A program made the position numbers and the translations under genes. From the human T2T-CHM13v2.0 reference genome, Homo sapiens, in assembly GCA_009914755.4 (NCBI GenBank), contig CP068257.2, positions 40,032,001-40,096,000 on the forward strand: DNA of 64,000 bases, written 5' to 3'. A model generated the notes under the pieces. The model worked only from the letters and a program-made list of their open reading frames with translations, did not search any database and was not told the DNA's origin. Positions 58,545-64,000 of this stretch are shown here, piece after piece (position 1 is the first letter of the stretch; every line of letters starts with the position of its first letter).

Positions 58545-58895
58545 ATGGTTTGGCTGTGTCCCCACCCTAATCTCAACTTGAATGTTATCTCCCAGGATTC
58601 CCACTTGTTTTGGGAGGGACCCAGGGGGAGGTAATTGAGTCATGGGGGCCAGTCTTTCCCATGCTATTCTCGTGATACTAAATAAGTCTCACAAAATCTG
58701 ATGGGTTATCAGGGGTTTCCACTTTTGCTTCTTCCTTGTTTTTCTCTTGCTGCCGCCATGGAAGAAGTGTCTTTTACCTCCTGCCATGATTCTGAGGCCT
58801 CCCCAGCCATGTGGAACTTTAAGTCCAATCCAACCTCTTTTTCTTCGCAGTCTCGGGTATGTCTTTATCAGCAGCGTGAAAACAGACTAATACAG
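58545..58895 (+). mobile_element. Solo ERVL-MaLR LTR (THE1/MST-like)
   Basis: atatggtttggctgtgtccccaccctaatctcaacttgaatgttatctcccaggattcccacttgttttgggagggacc...ccagccatgtggaactttaagtcc...gtgaaaacagactaataca. Confidence 0.7.
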
Positions 58896-59384
58896 GGTCA
58901 ATTTCCCCTTCCTCCACCTTTCGTTCTATCCAAGCCCTCAGGCGATTGGATGATGCCCACCTACACTGGGGAGGGCCATCTGCTTTACTGGGTCTACCAC
59001 TTCAAATGCTAATCTCTTCTGGAAACATCCACACAGACACCCCCAGAAATTATGCCTAATATGGGTACCCCATGGTCTAGTCAAATTGACACCTAAAATT
59101 AGTCATCACTCAGAGTCTGTGTCTCTTTGCAACATGAAGTCAACCTCCACTCCCCTCATCCTCTCCTCCCAGCCACAGGTCTTGCCCCAAGAAGGACCTC
59201 CCACCCCATCCTTGGTCCTTCCAGGAGATGCAGTGTCTTCCCTACCCCTTCCCCAGAACACCGGTGATTCCGACGCCTCCTTCTTACATGCACCTTCCAT
59301 TCACTCATTCTCTGAACAGCAGATCCAGTGGTTACCACCCTGGGATCAAGTCCAAGTAATGGATATTTAGTAACAGTGAGAGCT

Positions 59385-59510
59385 TGGGTGAGTCATTTTG
59401 CCTCTGAGAGCCTCCGTACCTCCATCTATAAAATGGGGATGATTTCTTCCCTGTAGGGTCATCATTAAGAGGTTATTACCTCCACTGAAATGAGTGAGTA
59501 GAGCAGAGGC
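59385..59510 (+). mobile_element. MIR fragment
   Basis: gagtcattttgcctctgagagcctccgtacctccatctataaaatggggatgatttcttccctgtagggtcatcattaagagg. Confidence 0.45.
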
Positions 59511-60254
59511 ATTTGTCAACTGTTGCAAATTTGGCAGAGCTGGGCTTCTGCAAAGGGCAGCTTCAGATTCTGTGACCCATGGTGGTAACAGGACTAATGC
59601 TTTGGTCTTTGGCAGCCTCCTGGGTGATGCTCAAAAAGGTGTCGGGGACCCATTGGGCAGGTCCCAGGAGAGCTGACTGTTGGCCTTGGGTCATCTGGCC
59701 AGCAGCACCCCTTTTGACACCATGCCTCTCTGCGTGCCCCAGGAGGTCTACTGGCCTTCTCCACTGTGCCACCTAGCATTGGATCTGCCAAGTTGTGTTG
59801 GCTGAAGCAGAACCCAGAGCAGACACCCCAGGAACCTTCCCTGGAGTAAGGCTTCCCCCAGCGTGCCTGGGGGTCTTGGGCACTGCTCTCAATGTCTCCC
59901 AAGTATTAACCCATCTTGTTCTCATATAACCCTGTGGGGTCTGCATTCACTCTGCAAATACTGAGTGCCTGCTCTCTGCAGAGTGCTATCGTACGCCCCA
60001 GAGACACATCAGCACACAAAGCCTGTGAAGACCCCTGTCACTGAGAGCCTCATGTCCTAACTGCATGACTCAGCAAACACAAGACACGCATTGTAGAATG
60101 TGCTGGAAGGAGCTGAGTGTGTCACAACTGAAATGAGGTAGTTGGGGTTGCCTTGCTAAGCAGTGACTTGATGCAAGTTCGATGACGAACCCCGTGGGAT
60201 TCTTATGCCCATTTTGCAGATGACGAAACGGAGGCACAGAGCAATACAATTTAC

Positions 60255-60612
60255 TGTATTAGTCCGTTCTCACGCTGCTAATAACAACGTACCCAAGACT
60301 GAGTAATTTATAAAGGAAAGAGGTTTAATTGACTCACAGTTCAGAATGGGTAAGGAGGCCTCAGGGAACTTACAATCATGGTGAAAGGGGAAATAAATGC
60401 ATTCTTCACACGGCAACACCAAGGAGAGGTGCCGAGCAGAAGGGGGAAATTCCCTTACAAAACCGTCAGATCCCATGAGCACTCACTATCCCTGATAACT
60501 GCCCCCATGGTCAAATTACCTCCGGCTGGGTCCCTCCCATGACACATGGGGATTATGGGAATTACAATTTGAGATGAGATTTGAGTGGGAACACAGCCAA
60601 ACTATATCACAG
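60255..60612 (-). mobile_element. Solo ERVL-MaLR LTR (MST-like)
   Basis: gtattagtccgttctcacgctgctaataacaacgtacccaagactgagtaatttataaaggaaagaggtttaattgactcacagttc...acaatttgagatgagatttgagtgggaacacagccaaactatatca. Confidence 0.7.
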
Positions 60613-61117
60613 AGTACTTGGTCAAGGTCAGGAGGCTTATATGAGGCAGAGGGCACCCAGGAACACAAGCGTCTGATTTCAAAGCCCATCTCTAAACTAA
60701 AACACAAACTTTTCCCTACAAAGGGCCTGGGAGGAAAAAGTGGCTTTGCAGGTCACATGTGGTCTCTGTCACCTATTCTTTCATTTTTTACAACACTTGA
60801 AATGTGAGAAAACCATTCCTGGCTCTCCAGCAGTGCAAAAACAAGAGCGGTGGCATGGTTTCCAACCCCGGCTCTGAACCACCAGGCTCAGCACTTTCCA
60901 AACTAAGTTACCTCTTCTCAAAACCCCGCACAGCACAAGGAAGAAGGCACTTCTATTTTACAGATGAGGAAACAGAAGCTCAGAAAGGTGAAATCACTTG
61001 TCTGTGGTCATGGAGAGCCAGACAGACAAGATCCGGGCACCCTTTTCATTCTGTGCAACATGTCTTCATTCCCACTTTTGACACATTCTTAAATCCCTGC
61101 TTTAAATGCAGCATTCA

Positions 61118-61420
61118 TGGCCAGACACAGTGGTTCATGCCTGTAATCCCAACACTTTAGGAGGCCAAGGCAGGAGGACGGCTTGAGCCCAGGAGTTTCC
61201 GACCAGCCCACACAACACAGCGAGACCTCAACAAATCTCTACAAAAAATTAAACAATTAGCTGGGTATGGTGGCTTGTCTGTAGTCTCAGCTACTCAGGA
61301 GGCTGAGGTGTGAGGATTACTTGAGCCCAGGAGGTTGAGGCTGCAGTGAGCCAAGATTGATTGTGCCATGGCACTCCAGACTGGGCAACAGAGTGAGATG
61401 CTGTCTCAGAAAAGAAAAAT
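61118..61420 (+). mobile_element. Alu
   Basis: ggccagacacagtggttcatgcctgtaatcccaacactttaggaggcc...; inserted at the 5' junction of the following L1 fragment. Confidence 0.9.
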
Positions 61421-62010
61421 GCAGCATCCACAATTCCTCAAAGAATTAAACACAGAATTACCGTATGATGTAGCAACTCCACTTCTGGGTTTATACTCAA
61501 AAGAATTGAAAGCAGAGATTCAAAGAGACAATCACACATCCATTTCATAGCAGCACTATTCACAGCAGTCCAAAGGTGGAAGCAGCCAGGTGTCCACTGA
61601 CAAATAAGCAGATACACAAAATATGGTCTGTCCATACAACAGAATATTCGTCAGCCTTAAGGAAGAAAATCTTGACCCATGCTCCGACATGGATGAACCC
61701 TGAGGACATTATGCTGAGTGAAAAAGCCAGACAGAAAAGAACAATAATGTCTGATTCCAGTTATATAAAGTCCCCGGAGTAGTCAAATCCATAGAGACAG
61801 GAAGTAGAAGGGTGGGTGCCAGGGCTTGGGGAGGGGGAATGGGGAGTGAGTGCTTCGTGGAGTGACAGTTTCAGTTTAGGAAAATGAAAAGGTTCTGGAG
61901 GTGGATGATGGTGATGGTTGCAAAACAATGCAAATGTCCTTAATACCGATGAACTGTACACTTAATAATGGTTAAGATGGTAAATCTCATGTTAGATATT
62001 TTATCACAAT
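61420..62010 (+). mobile_element. L1M 3' end (ORF2 C-terminal remnant + 3'UTR)
   Basis: aattaccgtatgatgtagcaactccacttctgggtttatactcaaaagaattgaaagcag...gggtgggtgccagggcttggggagggggaatggggag...ggttaagatggtaaatctcatgttagatattttatcac; ORF 61368-61550 has the ...ELPYDVATPLLGLYSKELKA L1 ORF2 motif. Confidence 0.75.
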
Positions 62011-64000
62011 AGTTTTTTAAAAGCAACATTTATGGGAGGAATAATTCCCCAACCCCTGAACACCTGAGCGAATGTCCATCCGTGTGTCATCAACTTGTCC
62101 AGGGTGACAAGGGCCAGGCAGCAGCCAGGCCTACGAGGGAGGGAGTGGGGGGAGCCAAGGTCCGGGAGACGGAGGCTCACTCCCGCCCCAGATGACAGAC
62201 CCCTCGCATCACACGCCACGCTGACTCCTCCACACCCAGGCGTGAGAGGTGGGGAGGGGAAACACCCTGCCAGCGAGAGACCCGCCTGCCCAACTCCCCC
62301 CACCCCACCATGCCCCCGCCCAGCCTGGCTCTGCAGCTGTAGTCCTAAGCTGGGCCACTCTGCCCGTGGCCCCTTCAGTGCCTTGGCCTCGAGGAAGCCC
62401 CACGTGTTGGGAAGTTGTGGCAGGCAGGGCCTGCAACCTGCAAACCTCCCAGCTTCTCGCAGGACATGGCTGCGGTGGGGACTTTCCCAAAGACCCAGGT
62501 GAATTCAGCTGACAGGGCCAACCTGTTTGTCTTTATGATCCCAGTGTTGTCACAGGCCCAGGACTGCCTGTCCAGGCCCAGGGAGGAGTCGCTTGGCCCC
62601 AGAATAGCCCCTGCAGGAGGTGAGCAATTACCTGGGCAAACAAAGAGAGTGCAGGTGTGCCAGGCGACTCACACACCTGACCTCAAACAGACACCACAGA
62701 GTTCAGGGGGCCACCCACTTATTGGAAAACTACATTATATTCATAGTGATCACTACTATTTATTGAGGTCTTATTATGCGCCATCCACTGTGCCTAAGTA
62801 TTTTGCTTGTAATAATTCATTAATTCTCACAGCCACCCATGAAGAAAGCACTTTCACCCCCACCTTCCAGGTCAGGAAGCTGTTCCGAAAGGTCAAGTCA
62901 CTGGCCTGGTGTCACTCAGTAAATTGAGATGTCCACTCCGTGGCCCCCTCTCTGTCCCTAGCACATTGATTAACCTCTGCTTTTCAAGGGTGGATTGGAT
63001 TTTGGAGATTGACAAGTGCTGGCAGAGCCAAGGGAATGAAGTGATCCAGCCAGAGGCTACGCTCTGAGTTCCGCAGCAGGTGCAGCTCTCCAGCAATGAG
63101 CCCAAAGCCCGGCCATGTGGGTCCTAAGCTCACCCTGGAGGCAAAAATCCAATGGAGAGTCTCCAGCCATTCCAGTCGGGTTCTCTGGGGTCTGTCCGTC
63201 TCTGCTGTTGGGCTGAGCGGTGCAGAGGACTCAGGGGTGCCCTCAGGACAATGCAATCCCAAGAAGGCTGTCCCCCTCACACACACACAAACACAAACAC
63301 AAACACACAAACACACAGCATGTGCAGCATGCCGGGTACACACAGGTCAAAGCCAAGCCGAGGGTGGTGGGGGGAGGGTGGGCTTGCATAGCCTTCAACA
63401 CCCACCTCAAAAGCCACAGAGCATGCAAAGGACCAGACACAAGGAAAACCCCCTCCCGCCAGGCACCTTCCAGAAGGCACAGGTCAGGCAGATGGTGATG
63501 GCAGAGGAATGTATCAGGGGAAGCTGAGGTATAAAGGACCTTCAACAAGTTTGGTGACAAGGGAAGAGGACAAAGTGGGACTGTGCTAGCGAAGCATGTT
63601 GATGAGAGGAGTTTTTAAGGGTGGAAAGTTCTGAGCAGCCATGAGGGTGGAGGAGGAGGTCAGTGACGAAAATGCTGTATGTGAATTGTATCCACAAATG
63701 ATATGTCCCAGTCCTAAACCCGGTGCCTGTGAATGAGACCTTATATGGAAAGAGGGTCTTAGAAACGAATCAAGTTAAGATGCGGTCATGATGGGTTAGG
63801 GTGGGCCCTAAGTCCCATAACACTGGTGTCCCTGTAGGAGGGAAGTTTGGACACAGACCTGAGTAGAGGGAGGATGAAGTGAGGAGGCACACAGAAGCGG
63901 GCGGGCCAAGGCCAACGTGGGGATGTAGTGATGCAGCCACCAGCCACGGAAGCCCAGGACCACGGGCCACTGACAGACATGGGAGAGACGCAAGGAACTG

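Overview
The window is primate (human-type) nuclear DNA, not a prokaryotic locus, and it is dominated by interspersed repeats. I recognise about 25 Alu copies or fragments and several old L1 3' ends (ORF2 C-terminus plus 3'UTR), one of which carries a nested L1-plus-Alu insertion. There are eight solo ERVL-MaLR LTRs (THE1/MST- and MLT1-like) and a few MIR fragments. There is also an unusually dense set of tandem arrays: (CA)n, (GT)n, a 170-bp (TTTC)n tract, a 1.4-kb CA-rich compound minisatellite, a 30-bp GC-rich minisatellite, a 34-bp VNTR that grew out of L1 sequence, and a 690-bp (CCAT)n array. I cannot support any host protein-coding gene, tRNA, rRNA or CRISPR array. Every long ORF in the track is either a translation through a repeat or an L1 ORF2 remnant. 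The most notable structure is a pair of inverted paralogous segments: about 430-4180 on the plus strand and about 32460-35170 as its reverse complement, roughly 93-95% identical where I aligned them by eye. They bracket a 28-kb spacer that is rich in VNTRs, and Alu content that is shared versus arm-specific gives a relative date for the duplication. Family and subfamily assignments are from memory of consensus sequences and should be confirmed with RepeatMasker/Dfam. No defence-system-like or other novel prokaryote-style system is present.
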